From positions 5,457 through 69,456 of the forward strand of contig CBFGMS010000014.1 in NCBI GenBank assembly GCA_965649985.1: 64,000 nt of DNA. Direction: 5' to 3'. A model generated the notes under the pieces. That model saw only the letters and a program-made list of their open reading frames with translations, was not told the origin of the DNA and did not search any database. This DNA comes from an uncultured Gammaproteobacteria bacterium. Lineage in GTDB: Bacteria > Pseudomonadota > Gammaproteobacteria > Xanthomonadales > Xanthomonadaceae. Both the position numbers and the translations under genes were made by a program. Below, one piece after another: positions 1-9,107 of this stretch (position 1 is its first letter; every line of letters begins with the position of its first letter).

Positions 1-606
1 GTCGCGCGCGGCGTAGAACAGCGCGAGCCCCATCAGCCCCAGCGTGCACAGGCTGGCGTAGGCGAACACCGCCAGGATGGTGGCGCGCTGCATCTGCCGC
101 ATCGCCAGCGCCTCGGACATGACCTGCGGGCGCAGGGCCGCGTTGCGCAGGCCGGTGGCCTCGATCTCCAGTTCGATCGTGCTTTCCCAGGTCGAGGGCA
201 GCCGCACCATGTAGCCCATGGGCATCGGGCCCTCGGCGGGCAGCGGTTCCAGAAAACTCATGCACTGCGAAGACCAGCGATCCCCCGCGCGCACCTGCAC
301 GTCGCGCACCGGCGTGCGCGGCATCCACAACACCCAGTGCGGGGCATCCGCGCGCTGCACGGGCAGCGTGAAGGACAGCACGGCCCGGGCGCGCTCGCCG
401 GGCGCCAGCAGCAGGGCTTCGCCATCGGCGCTCAGCCGGGCGGGGCCGGCGCTTCCGCCGGGCATCGCGCGCAGTTCCGAGCGCAGCGCCTGCTCTTCGG
501 CGGGCAGCGGCTGCCCGGCCAGGATCGAATACAGCACCGCCAGCGCCAGCAGGATGCTCCCGCCGACGGTGAACCAGTGCCGCTGCAGTCCGGTGGTCGC
601 CCGCAT
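1..606 (-). CDS. Membrane sensor protein, N-terminal part only (signal anchor, periplasmic domain, first TM of a multi-TM receptor). The 3' end lies outside the window.
   Basis: Hand translation of the minus strand from ATG (606-604) gives MRATTGLQRHWFTVGGSILLALAVLYSILAG...ATILAVFAYASLCTLGLMGLALFYAARD, open to the window edge. It is absent from the ORF track because it has no stop in the window. GGAG lies about 10 nt upstream and GC3 is high. The architecture resembles 7TMR-DISM type sensors, but the family call is tentative. Confidence 0.5.
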   Translation of the reverse strand, partial: MRATTGLQRHWFTVGGSILLALAVLYSILAGQPLPAEEQALRSELRAMPGGSAGPARLSADGEALLLAPGERARAVLSFTLPVQRADAPHWVLWMPRTPVRDVQVRAGDRWSSQCMSFLEPLPAEGPMPMGYMVRLPSTWESTIELEIEATGLRNAALRPQVMSEALAMRQMQRATILAVFAYASLCTLGLMGLALFYAARD

Positions 607-904
607 CAGATCGGATCTCCGCATGTGGCATGCGCAGCCGGGCGATGGCCGTCCCGATCCCGCCCGGGCTCGAAGTGGCGATGGCTGCGACTCATCGTGC
701 GGTTCCCCCTGAACCCGGCGCGATCCGACGCGGATGGACGCATCCCGGACGCATCCCTGTGTGGGGTGGGAAGGCATCCGATGCGATCCGGGCGGCCGTA
801 TCGCCGCCTGGACCGGCAACATTAGCATCGGCCAGACCGACGAAACCCCCGGTGGAGCGCCCCGCTCGGCTAAAATCGCGGTTTTCGCGACGCAGTCCAC
901 AGGA

Positions 905-2677
905 ATGACCACGGAAACCGCCCCGCACGCCGTGCACGATGCCATCCCCGGCACCGACCCCACCCCGGAACGCCGCCAGGATTTCATCCGGCAGATCGTG
1001 CGCGACGACCTCGCCGCCGGCCGCCATGCCGCGGTGCGCACCCGGTTCCCGCCCGAGCCCAACGGCTATCTGCACCTCGGCCACACCCGCGCGATCTGGA
1101 CCGACTTCGGCATCGCCGAGGAATTCGGCGGGCGCTGCAACCTGCGCTTCGACGACACCAATCCGGCCAGGGAAGACCCCGAGTACGTCCGTGCCATCCA
1201 GGACGACGTGCGGTGGCTGGGTTACGACTGGGCCGAGCTGCGCCACGCCTCGGATTATTTCGAGGTGTTCTATCTCGCCGCCGAGCAGTTGATCCGCCAG
1301 GGCGACGCCTTCGTCTGCGACCTGAGTGCCGAGGAGGTCCGCGCGTACCGCGGCAGCCTGACCGAACCCGGCCGTCCGTCGCCGTACCGCGACCGCGGCG
1401 TCGAGGAGAATCTCGACCTGTTCCGGCGGATGCGCGCCGGCGAATTCGCCGACGGCAGCCACACCCTGCGCGCGAAGATCGACATGGCCAGCGGCAACAT
1501 CAACCTGCGCGACCCGGCGCTGTACCGGATCAAGAAGGTGCCGCACCAGAACACCGGCGACGCGTGGCCCATCTATCCGATGTACGACTTCGCGCACTCG
1601 CTCAGCGACGCGGTCGAAGGCATCACCCATTCGCTGTGCACCCTGGAATTCGAGGACCATCGCCCGCTCTACGACTGGTGCGTGGACAAGGTGGATCTGG
1701 CCGGCCGGCCGGAACTGCTGAAACCGCTCACCGACAGGGGCTTCCCGCGCGAGGCGGCCAAGCCGCGGCAGATCGAATTCTCGCGCCTCAACCTGAACTA
1801 CACCGTGATGAGCAAGCGCAAGCTCATGGCCCTGGTGCAGGAAGGGCTGGTGGACGGCTGGGACGACCCGCGGATGCCCACCCTGCAGGGCATCCGCCGC
1901 CGCGGGTACACCCCCGACGCCCTCAAGCTGTTCGTCTCGCGCCTGGGCCTGTCGAAGCAGAATTCGTCGATCGATTATTCGGTGCTGGAAAACACGCTGC
2001 GCGAAGACCTCGACGCGCGCGCGCCGCGGCGGATGGCGGTGCTCGACCCGCTGAAGTTCGTGCTGACCAATCTGCCGGACGGCCATGAGGAAACGCTGCG
2101 CTTCGCCAACCATCCGAAGGACGAGAGCTTCGGCATGCGCGAGGTGCCGTTCTCGCGCACGCTGTGGATCGAGCGCGAGGATTTCGCCGAAGTCCCGCCC
2201 AAGGGCTGGAAGCGGCTGGTGCCCGGCGGCGAAGTGCGCCTGCGCGGCGCGGGCATCGTGCGCTGCGACGAGGTGGTGAAGGACGACGCGGGCCAGATCG
2301 TCGAGCTGCGCGGCACTCTCGACCCCGAATCGCGGCCCGGGATGCCCGGCGCCGAGCGCAAGATCAAGGGCACGATCCACTGGGTGAGCGCGATGCACGC
2401 GGTCGCGGCCGAAATCCGCCTGTACGACCGCCTGTTCGACGTGGCCGACCCGGACGACGACAGCGACGGCAAGACCTATCGCGACCATCTCAACGCCGAT
2501 TCGCGCCGCAGCGTGCGCGGCTGGGTGGAGCCGGCCGCGGCGACCGTCGCGCCGGAACAAAGTCTGCAGTTCGAGCGCATGGGCTATTTCGTGGCGGACC
2601 GCTACGACCACCGTGCCGAGTCCCCGGTGTTCAACCGCAGCGTCACCCTGCGCGACACCTGGGCGGCGAAGGCCTGA
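905..2677 (+). CDS. glnS: Glutaminyl-tRNA synthetase
   Basis: Frame of ORF 734..2677, start taken at MTTETAPH (ATG 905). Class-I HIGH motif (NGYLHLGHTRA) and KMSKS-type motif (VMSKRKL) are present, with GlnRS-like sequence throughout. Confidence 0.95.
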   Translation: MTTETAPHAVHDAIPGTDPTPERRQDFIRQIVRDDLAAGRHAAVRTRFPPEPNGYLHLGHTRAIWTDFGIAEEFGGRCNLRFDDTNPAREDPEYVRAIQDDVRWLGYDWAELRHASDYFEVFYLAAEQLIRQGDAFVCDLSAEEVRAYRGSLTEPGRPSPYRDRGVEENLDLFRRMRAGEFADGSHTLRAKIDMASGNINLRDPALYRIKKVPHQNTGDAWPIYPMYDFAHSLSDAVEGITHSLCTLEFEDHRPLYDWCVDKVDLAGRPELLKPLTDRGFPREAAKPRQIEFSRLNLNYTVMSKRKLMALVQEGLVDGWDDPRMPTLQGIRRRGYTPDALKLFVSRLGLSKQNSSIDYSVLENTLREDLDARAPRRMAVLDPLKFVLTNLPDGHEETLRFANHPKDESFGMREVPFSRTLWIEREDFAEVPPKGWKRLVPGGEVRLRGAGIVRCDEVVKDDAGQIVELRGTLDPESRPGMPGAERKIKGTIHWVSAMHAVAAEIRLYDRLFDVADPDDDSDGKTYRDHLNADSRRSVRGWVEPAAATVAPEQSLQFERMGYFVADRYDHRAESPVFNRSVTLRDTWAAKA

Positions 2678-2727
2678 GCCTCGCGTCGCACCCCCCGCAT
2701 CCCCTCCCCGCCCCCACGGAGCCGCCC

Positions 2728-3225
2728 ATGCCGCACGCCTTCCTCGACAGCCCCCTGTCCCGCACCGTTGCGGGTGCGGGCCGGCACCCCGCGCGCCTGT
2801 GGCGGGCGCTGGCCGCGAGCGCGCTTGCGCTGACGCTGGCCGCCTGCACCGCCCCGGCGCCGCAGTCGCCGGCCCCGGCCGGCGATGCCGTCGCGGCCGC
2901 GCCGACGCCGGCCTCCACCCCTGCGGCGCCAGCCGTCATCGAAACGCCGGCCGCCAAGGCAGGCGGACGTCCCGGCGCGATGCCCGCCCCGCCCGACCGC
3001 AGCTGCCGCACCGACAGCGACTGCACGGTCAAGGATGTGGGCAACTGCTGCGGGTATTTCCCGATGTGCGTGAACAAGAACGCGCAGACGGACCCCGCCG
3101 CGGTGCGTGCCGCCTGCGAGCGCGAAGGCATCGCCTCGGTCTGCGGCTTCCAGGAGGTGAAGGGCTGCCGCTGCGTCGAGAACCGCTGCGAGAACCAGCG
3201 CGACGGCCTGCCGGAGGCAATGTGA
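2728..3225 (+). CDS. Cysteine-rich lipoprotein, function unknown
   Basis: Tail of ORF 2164..3225 from ATG 2728. It has a signal peptide with lipobox LTLAAC, a Pro/Ala-rich linker and a C-terminal module with 10 Cys (CRTDSDCTVKDVGNCCGYFPMCVN...CRCVENRCEN). Its stop overlaps the next start. Confidence 0.7.
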   Translation: MPHAFLDSPLSRTVAGAGRHPARLWRALAASALALTLAACTAPAPQSPAPAGDAVAAAPTPASTPAAPAVIETPAAKAGGRPGAMPAPPDRSCRTDSDCTVKDVGNCCGYFPMCVNKNAQTDPAAVRAACEREGIASVCGFQEVKGCRCVENRCENQRDGLPEAM

Positions 3226-3800
3226 TGCTGTACGCACAGGTGCACCTCACCCTGCCGGCCTGGGTGCACGACGCCGTGGACACCACGCGCACCTACGACA
3301 CCGACCTGGACAAGGTCGCACTGGCCATCGCGCTGTCGCAGGGCAATGTCGAACACGCCAGCGGCGGGCCGTTCGGCGCGGCGGTGTTCGGCCCGGACCA
3401 CCGCATCGTGGCGGTGGGCGTGAACCGCGTGCTGCCGCACAGCTGCTCGGTGGCCCACGCCGAAACCATGGCCTACATGCTGGCCCAGCAGCGCACCCAG
3501 CGTGCACGGCTCAACCGTGATGCCGACGATTCTCCGGTCGGCCCGGTGGTGCTGGCGACCTCGGCCCAACCCTGCTGCCAATGCTATGGCGCCACCATCT
3601 GGGCGGGCATCGACCGTCTGCTGATCGGCGCCCGCGCCGAGGACGTGATGGCCCTGACCGAATTCGACGAAGGCCCGCTGCCGGCGGACTGGGTGGGCGA
3701 GCTGGAGAAGCGCGGCATCGCGGTGACCCGCGACATCGCCCGCGACGAGGCCTGCGCGGTGCTTCGGGCCTACGGCCAGGGCGGCGGGCTGCGCTACTGA
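3225..3800 (+). CDS. Cytidine/deoxycytidylate-deaminase-fold nucleobase deaminase (guanine-deaminase-like)
   Basis: Tail of ORF 2613..3800 from ATG 3225, which overlaps the upstream TGA (GTGATG). Motifs GGPFGAAV, zinc ligands HAE (VAHAETMA) and PCxxC (PCCQCYG). Confidence 0.85.
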   Translation: MLYAQVHLTLPAWVHDAVDTTRTYDTDLDKVALAIALSQGNVEHASGGPFGAAVFGPDHRIVAVGVNRVLPHSCSVAHAETMAYMLAQQRTQRARLNRDADDSPVGPVVLATSAQPCCQCYGATIWAGIDRLLIGARAEDVMALTEFDEGPLPADWVGELEKRGIAVTRDIARDEACAVLRAYGQGGGLRY

Positions 3801-3830
3801 GCGCAGTGCCCGCGGGCGATCCACTCCGTT

Positions 3831-4310
3831 TCACTCCGGCGGCAGCAGCTCCATCGCCATCACCAGCGCGTCCTCGCGCCCGCCGACCGCCGGGTAGTAG
3901 CGCGGGCGGCGGCCGATCTCGTTGAATCCCTCGTCGCCGTAGAGCGCGATCGCATGCGGATTCGACGGACGCACTTCCAGGAAGATGCGCTGCGCGCCAT
4001 GCTGGCGCGCGCAGCGCAGCAGCATGCGCAGGATCTCGCGGCCGATGCCCTGTCCCTGCTCGACCGGGTCCACGCACACGTTCAACACATGCGCCTCGCG
4101 CGCGGCGATGCTGAGCACGCCGTAGCCGACGATGCGGTCTTCACGCACCGCGAGCCACGCCTGGTAGCCGGCACTCAGGCAGTCGCGGAAGATGCCCACC
4201 GTCCACGGGAACGGGTAGGCGCGCACCTCGATCGCCATCACCGCCTCCAGGTCGTGCATCCGCATCGCGCGGAAGCCGGTGACGGCCTCGGGCTGCGCCT
4301 GCGCGCTCAT
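3831..4310 (-). CDS. rimI: Ribosomal-protein-alanine N-acetyltransferase (GNAT)
   Basis: C-terminal 159 aa of ORF 3831..4736, start MSAQAQPEA (ATG 4310-4308). GNAT acetyl-CoA motif VDPVEQGQGIGREIL. Sits in the typical holD-rimI context. Confidence 0.85.
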   Translation of the reverse strand: MSAQAQPEAVTGFRAMRMHDLEAVMAIEVRAYPFPWTVGIFRDCLSAGYQAWLAVREDRIVGYGVLSIAAREAHVLNVCVDPVEQGQGIGREILRMLLRCARQHGAQRIFLEVRPSNPHAIALYGDEGFNEIGRRPRYYPAVGGREDALVMAMELLPPE

Positions 4311-4702
4311 GCGTCCGCACGCCTGAGCGCACGCAGCCGCGGCCACAATGCGCGTTTGGCCGCGGGGTCGCGACGCAGGCGCCCCGTCTCCGGCCATTGC
4401 GACAGAAGAGCCGCCGCGTCGACGGCATCGGGCGCACGCCCGGCCGCACGCAGCAGCGCGCGGGCGAGGCGGTCCTGGGTCGTCGCCGCAGGACGCGGCT
4501 CGGCACGTTGCGATGCGGCGGCGTCCGAAACGGAAGCCGCAGGGACGGCGGCATGCGCGGGTGTGGCATGCTGCGTCGGCGTATCGCGCGTGTCGCCGGC
4601 AGTCTGTGCTGCAGCACCCGCACCGCCGGCCGACGGACGCGGCAGCAGCACCGTGAAGCCCATGGCCTCCAGCGTGTCGCGCTGCAGCCCGCTCCAGCTC
4701 AT
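4307..4702 (-). CDS. Hypothetical protein, candidate divergent DNA polymerase III psi subunit (HolD-like)
   Basis: ORF 4307..4702 (131 aa) has 4-nt ATGA overlaps with both pssA (upstream) and rimI (downstream). The N-terminus (WSGLQRDTLEAMGFTVLLPRP) and C-terminus (LRRDPAAKRALWPRL) resemble the E. coli HolD ends as I remember them. The middle is low-complexity Ala/Pro/Thr. Confidence 0.6.
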   Translation of the reverse strand: MSWSGLQRDTLEAMGFTVLLPRPSAGGAGAAAQTAGDTRDTPTQHATPAHAAVPAASVSDAAASQRAEPRPAATTQDRLARALLRAAGRAPDAVDAAALLSQWPETGRLRRDPAAKRALWPRLRALRRADA

Positions 4703-5529
4703 GCGCCATCGCCCCCCGTGACGCTGCTCTCTCCACCGCGGCTGCGCATGCGGCGCGCGATCAGCGGGCCGGTCAGCGCGAACAGCGCGAACACGGCCAG
4801 CAATACCTTGGGCGGGTCGATCATCACCCCGATGATCGCCACGATCACGATCGGCACCGCGAGGAACGGCACGCGATCGGCCCCAGGGCCCTTGCGCCCG
4901 CCCTTGAAGCTCGGATAGCGCAACCGGCTGACCATCAGCAAACCGATCACCACGGTGATGGCCATCGCAAGGTAACGCAGGCTCTCGCCGTCCTGCCCCA
5001 GACCGTGCGCGGTCCAGACGAAGCTGGCCATGACCGCCGCCGCCGCCGGGCTGGGCAGGCCGATGAACCAGCGCTTGTCGACCTGTTCCACCTGGCTGTT
5101 GAAGCGCGCCAGCCGCACCGCGGCGCAGGCGGCGTAGAGAAAGGCCGCCAGCCAGCCGATCTTGCCCAGGGTCGGGCCGTCCAGCTTCAGCGCGAACAGC
5201 GACCAGTGATACATCACCAGCGCCGGCGCCATGCCGAAGCTCACCAGGTCCGCCAGCGAGTCGTACTGCACCCCGAATTCGCTCTGGGTATTGGTCAGCC
5301 GCGCCACCCGGCCGTCGAGGCCATCGAGCACCGCCGAGATGAATACCGCCACGCAGGCCTCGCCGATCCGCCCCTGGGCCGCGGCGATGATCGCGAAGAA
5401 GCCCGAAAACAGGGCGCCGGTGGTGAACAGGTTGGGCAGCAGATAGATGCCGCGACTGCGCGGCGGCAAGGAGGGAGGCGCCGGAGGCGGCGTCTGCGGC
5501 GACGGGGAGGGCGATGCGGAATCACTCAT
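4699..5529 (-). CDS. pssA: CDP-diacylglycerol--serine O-phosphatidyltransferase
   Basis: Tail of ORF 4699..5775 from MSDSASPSP (ATG 5529-5527). CDP-alcohol phosphatidyltransferase motif LDGLDGRVARLTNTQSEFGVQYDSLADLV, with multiple TM segments. Confidence 0.9.
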   Translation of the reverse strand: MSDSASPSPSPQTPPPAPPSLPPRSRGIYLLPNLFTTGALFSGFFAIIAAAQGRIGEACVAVFISAVLDGLDGRVARLTNTQSEFGVQYDSLADLVSFGMAPALVMYHWSLFALKLDGPTLGKIGWLAAFLYAACAAVRLARFNSQVEQVDKRWFIGLPSPAAAAVMASFVWTAHGLGQDGESLRYLAMAITVVIGLLMVSRLRYPSFKGGRKGPGADRVPFLAVPIVIVAIIGVMIDPPKVLLAVFALFALTGPLIARRMRSRGGESSVTGGDGA

Positions 5530-5731
5530 GCGGGCAGTGTAGAGCGTGTCCTGCGCTTGTACATCCCTGGCGGGCGGCCCCCTCCCGCGCTCCGCGGCAC
5601 CGGCATCGCTCGCGGCCGTGGCCGGGGCCGCACGCGTGATCGCGCCGGCGATGTGCGCCCGGTCGCAACTTGCGCCCCCGCGGACGAGGTGCTGCAATCC
5701 TGGTTTCCCCCCGCGTCGCCCGAGGCTGTCC

Positions 5732-6244
5732 ATGTTCCGTCCCCGCCCGTCTTCCGCCCGGCTGCCCGCCTGCAACTCCCTCTCGCCCCGCGCGATGCTG
5801 GCCTGCGCGCTGATCGCCGCCAGCGTGTGCGCGGCCGAGGTCTCGGCCGGCGAGGTCTACCAGTGGACCGACGCCAGCGGCGTGACCCATTACTCGCAGA
5901 CCCCGCCGCCCAGCGGTGCCGCCAAATACCGCGTCATCAGCCACCGCCAGCCCGAAACGCAGGCGTCTGCGGCCGCGACCGCACCGGAAGACCCCCAGTG
6001 CGGCGTGGCCCGCGCCAACATCGCCCTGATCGAAGGCGGCGGCCGCGTGCAGCGCGACACCAACGGCGACGGCGTGCCCGATCGCGATCTCACCGCGGTC
6101 GAGCGCGAGAGCCAGCTGCAGCTGGCCCGGCTGGTGCTGCGCAGCAACTGCACGCCGCCGGCCCAGGCCGCCGCCGCACCGCAGACCGACACGTCTTCCG
6201 ACGCCATCGGCGAGGAAGGGAGCGCATCGGAAGGCAGCGAATAA
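5732..6244 (+). CDS. DUF4124-domain secreted protein
   Basis: Frame of ORF 5546..6244, start at ATG 5732 (alternative [10 protein letters not shown] at 5795). Signal peptide followed by the DUF4124 signature [18 protein letters not shown]. Confidence 0.75.
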   Translation: MFRPRPSSARLPACNSLSPRAMLACALIAASVCAAEVSAGEVYQWTDASGVTHYSQTPPPSGAAKYRVISHRQPETQASAAATAPEDPQCGVARANIALIEGGGRVQRDTNGDGVPDRDLTAVERESQLQLARLVLRSNCTPPAQAAAAPQTDTSSDAIGEEGSASEGSE

Positions 6245-6398
6245 ACCGCGGCCTCGCATCGACCGGCGCGAGGCCGGCACGGACGCGAGGCGCCGGATGG
6301 GGCAAAATGGACGTTTCGCGTGCATCGCACGCCCCGCTCCCCGCGCGCCATGCGTGCGCGCGGAATGCCCCCGCGCGTCACAACCCCACGAGTCCGCT

Positions 6399-8120
6399 AT
6401 GCGTCTTTCGCAGTTCCACCTCCGCACCGAAAAGGAAACCCCGGCCGACGCCGAAATCGTCAGCCACCGACTGATGCTGCGCACCGGAATGCTGCGCAAG
6501 CTGGCCGCCGGCATCTACACCTGGAGCCCGCTGGGCCTGCGCGTGCTGCGCCGGGTCGAGGCGGTGGTCCGCGAGGAAATGAACGCCGCCGGCGCGCAGG
6601 AAGTGCTGATGCCTTCCATCCAGCCCAGGGAGCTGTGGGAGGAAACCGGGCGCTGGCAGAAGTTCGGCGGCCAGTTGCTGAAGATCCGCGATCGCAAGGA
6701 CGCCGAATACTGCTACGGCCCCACCCACGAGGAAGTCATCACCGACTTCGCCCGCCAGGAGCTGGCGAGCTACCGCCAGCTGCCGGTGAATTTCTATCAG
6801 ATCCAGACCAAGTTCCGCGACGAGATCCGTCCGCGCTTCGGTGCGATGCGCGCACGCGAATTCCTGATGAAGGATGCGTATTCGTTCCATCTGGGCGACG
6901 ACTGCCTCGACCGCGAATACCGCAACATGTACGACACCTATTCGCGCATTTTCACCCGCCTGGGCTTGAAGTTCCGCGCGGTGTTCGCGGACACCGGCGC
7001 GATCGGCGGCAGCGCCTCGCACGAATTCCACGTGCTGGCCGATTCCGGCGAGGACGCCATCGCCTTCTCCGACGGCTCTGATTACGCCGCGAACGTCGAA
7101 CTGGCCGAGGCGATCGCGCCCGGCGTGCGCGCGGAGGCCGGCGAAGCGATGCGCAAGGTCGCCACTCCGACCCAGAAAACCTGCGAGGACGTGGCCGCAC
7201 TGCTCGGCATTCCGCTGGCGCGCACCGTGAAATCGGTGGCGATCATGGCCGAGGACGGCGAAGGCGCGCCGCAGTTCGTGCTCGCGCTGGTCCGCGGCGA
7301 CCATGTGGTCAACGAGATCAAGCTGGGCAAACTGCCCGGCATGACCGAGTACCGTCTGGCCACCGAGGCGGAAATCCAGGACCACCTCGGTTGCGAGCCC
7401 GGTTTCCTCGGCCCGGTCGCGCCGAAAACGGCCATTCGCCTCATCGCCGACCGCAGCGTCGCCGCCCTGCACGATTTCGTGACCGGCGCGAACGAGGCCG
7501 GGTATCACCTGGCCGGCGTGAACTGGGGCCGCGATCTGCCCGAGCCCGATCTGGTCGCGGACATCCGCAACGTGGTTGAGGGCGACCCCTCGCCCGACGG
7601 CGCCGGCACGCTGCGCATCGCGCGCGGCATCGAGGTGGGCCACGTGTTCCAGCTCGGCCGCAAATATGCCGAGTCGATGGGCATGACCGTGCTGGATGAA
7701 CAGGGCAAGGCCGCCACGCCGACCATGGGCTGCTACGGCGTGGGCGTGAGCCGCATCGTCGCCGCGGCGATCGAGCAGAATCACGACGAGGCCGGCATCG
7801 TCTGGCCGGCGGCCATGGCGCCGTGGCAGGTCGCGGTGTGCGTGATCAATCCCAAGAACGTGCCCGAGGTCGCGGCCGCGGCCGAGGCCCTGCACGCGGA
7901 ATTGAACGCCGCCGGCATCGACACCGCGCTCGACGACCGCGGGCTTCGCCCCGGCCCGATGTTCGCCGACATCGAACTGATCGGCATTCCGCACCGGGTG
8001 GTGGTGTCGGAGCGCGGGCTGGCCGCCGGCACGTTCGAATACCGCGCGCGCAGCGGCGGCGAGGCCGAGGCACTGGATCGCGCCGCGCTGCTCGCGCGCC
8101 TGGGCATGCCATCCGCCTGA
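6399..8120 (+). CDS. proS: Prolyl-tRNA synthetase
   Basis: Frame of ORF 6297..8120, start [10 protein letters not shown] (ATG 6399). Class-II motifs ([25 protein letters not shown]) and a bacterial-type ProRS with an editing insertion. Confidence 0.95.
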   Translation: MRLSQFHLRTEKETPADAEIVSHRLMLRTGMLRKLAAGIYTWSPLGLRVLRRVEAVVREEMNAAGAQEVLMPSIQPRELWEETGRWQKFGGQLLKIRDRKDAEYCYGPTHEEVITDFARQELASYRQLPVNFYQIQTKFRDEIRPRFGAMRAREFLMKDAYSFHLGDDCLDREYRNMYDTYSRIFTRLGLKFRAVFADTGAIGGSASHEFHVLADSGEDAIAFSDGSDYAANVELAEAIAPGVRAEAGEAMRKVATPTQKTCEDVAALLGIPLARTVKSVAIMAEDGEGAPQFVLALVRGDHVVNEIKLGKLPGMTEYRLATEAEIQDHLGCEPGFLGPVAPKTAIRLIADRSVAALHDFVTGANEAGYHLAGVNWGRDLPEPDLVADIRNVVEGDPSPDGAGTLRIARGIEVGHVFQLGRKYAESMGMTVLDEQGKAATPTMGCYGVGVSRIVAAAIEQNHDEAGIVWPAAMAPWQVAVCVINPKNVPEVAAAAEALHAELNAAGIDTALDDRGLRPGPMFADIELIGIPHRVVVSERGLAAGTFEYRARSGGEAEALDRAALLARLGMPSA

Positions 8121-8163
8121 CGCCCGTCGGCGGACACCCGTGCGGGCACGCCCCCGATGCCGG

Positions 8164-8192
8164 AAAAGCCCGTGAAAACGGGCTTTTTCTTT
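8164..8192 (+). terminator. Rho-independent terminator downstream of proS
   Basis: AGCCCGT-GAAA-ACGGGCT stem-loop followed by TTTTTCTTT. Confidence 0.8.
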
Positions 8193-8492
8193 GCCTGAAA
8201 CACCGCCAAACCTCCGCAAACCGGGTGCGGCACCAGGCGCCTCGACGATGCGAATCCTGGATGGATGCGCGATGCATGCGCGGAGAATTCCGTGTACGCA
8301 GCGCTTCCTGCACAGACGGGTTGTTTGTATCTTCCTGAATTTCCGTGCATTTTCGATTATCATGCGCGGGCTCGCATGTCGAGGCCGGATCAAGGGCCAC
8401 GCCATGCCAGGCGGTTCGCGGCGCGCTTTCCATGCGCGGATCTCGCGGACCACGGAATCCGTCGTTCTCTTTCCGCATCACCCGGAGCCCAC

Positions 8493-8912
8493 ATGTCCAT
8501 CGACGTCAAAAGCTACACCCTCGACCAACTGAAGAAACTCTCGGCCGAAATCAAGAAGCAGCAGACCAAGCTCGCCAAGCGCGCGCCGGTGTCGAAAGTG
8601 CGCGAGAAGCTCACCAAGATGGCCGAGGCCGAAGGCTACAGCCTGATGGAACTGTTCGGCGCCAAGGCCGGCAGCGCCCCGAAGGTGACGAAGAAGGCCG
8701 CTGCGAAGAAGTCCCCGGGCCGTCCCGCCAAGAAGGCTGCGAAGAAGGCGACCAAGAAGGCCGCCTCCAAGCGCGCCGGCGTGAAGGTGGCGCCGAAGTA
8801 CCGCAACCCCGCCAATCCGAAGGAAACCTGGACCGGCCGCGGCCGTCAGCCGCGCTGGATGGCCGCGCAGGTGAAGGCCGGCAAGAAGCCGGAAGATTTC
8901 CTGATCAAGTGA
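8493..8912 (+). CDS. H-NS family nucleoid-associated protein with Lys/Ala-rich, AT-hook-like linker
   Basis: Frame of ORF 8265..8912, start MSIDVKSY (ATG 8493, GGAG 5 nt upstream). Coiled-coil N-terminus, linker KKAAAKKSPGRPAKKAAKKATKKAASKR, and C-terminal H-NS DNA-binding motif TWTGRGRQPRW. Confidence 0.9.
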   Translation: MSIDVKSYTLDQLKKLSAEIKKQQTKLAKRAPVSKVREKLTKMAEAEGYSLMELFGAKAGSAPKVTKKAAAKKSPGRPAKKAAKKATKKAASKRAGVKVAPKYRNPANPKETWTGRGRQPRWMAAQVKAGKKPEDFLIK

Positions 8913-8986
8913 TCCGACGACGTGATGCGGTCACGTCATCGAATGACGGGACCCGCACGCAGGCGCATGCCTGCAGCACGATGTCG

Positions 8987-9017
8987 AAAAACGCCGGCCA
9001 TGCCGGCGTTTTTCTTT
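8987..9017. terminator. Bidirectional terminator between the convergent H-NS and thrE-family genes
   Basis: AAAA-ACGCCGGC-CAT-GCCGGCGT-TTTTTCTTT: an A-run and a T-run flank a perfect 8-bp GC stem. Confidence 0.8.
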
Positions 9018-9107
9018 GGCGGCACCCGCGTGCCGGCATGGCCAGAAGGGTGCGCAGCGAGGACGACAGCCGAATGCCCGCCGCGCCGCGACACAGGCAG
9101 GTCGGCC

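Noticed and set aside
692-2611. A 639-aa minus-strand ORF
   Set aside because: It is antisense to glnS, which has unambiguous HIGH and KMSKS motifs. Composition is shadow-like (runs of R, A, G, H, V).
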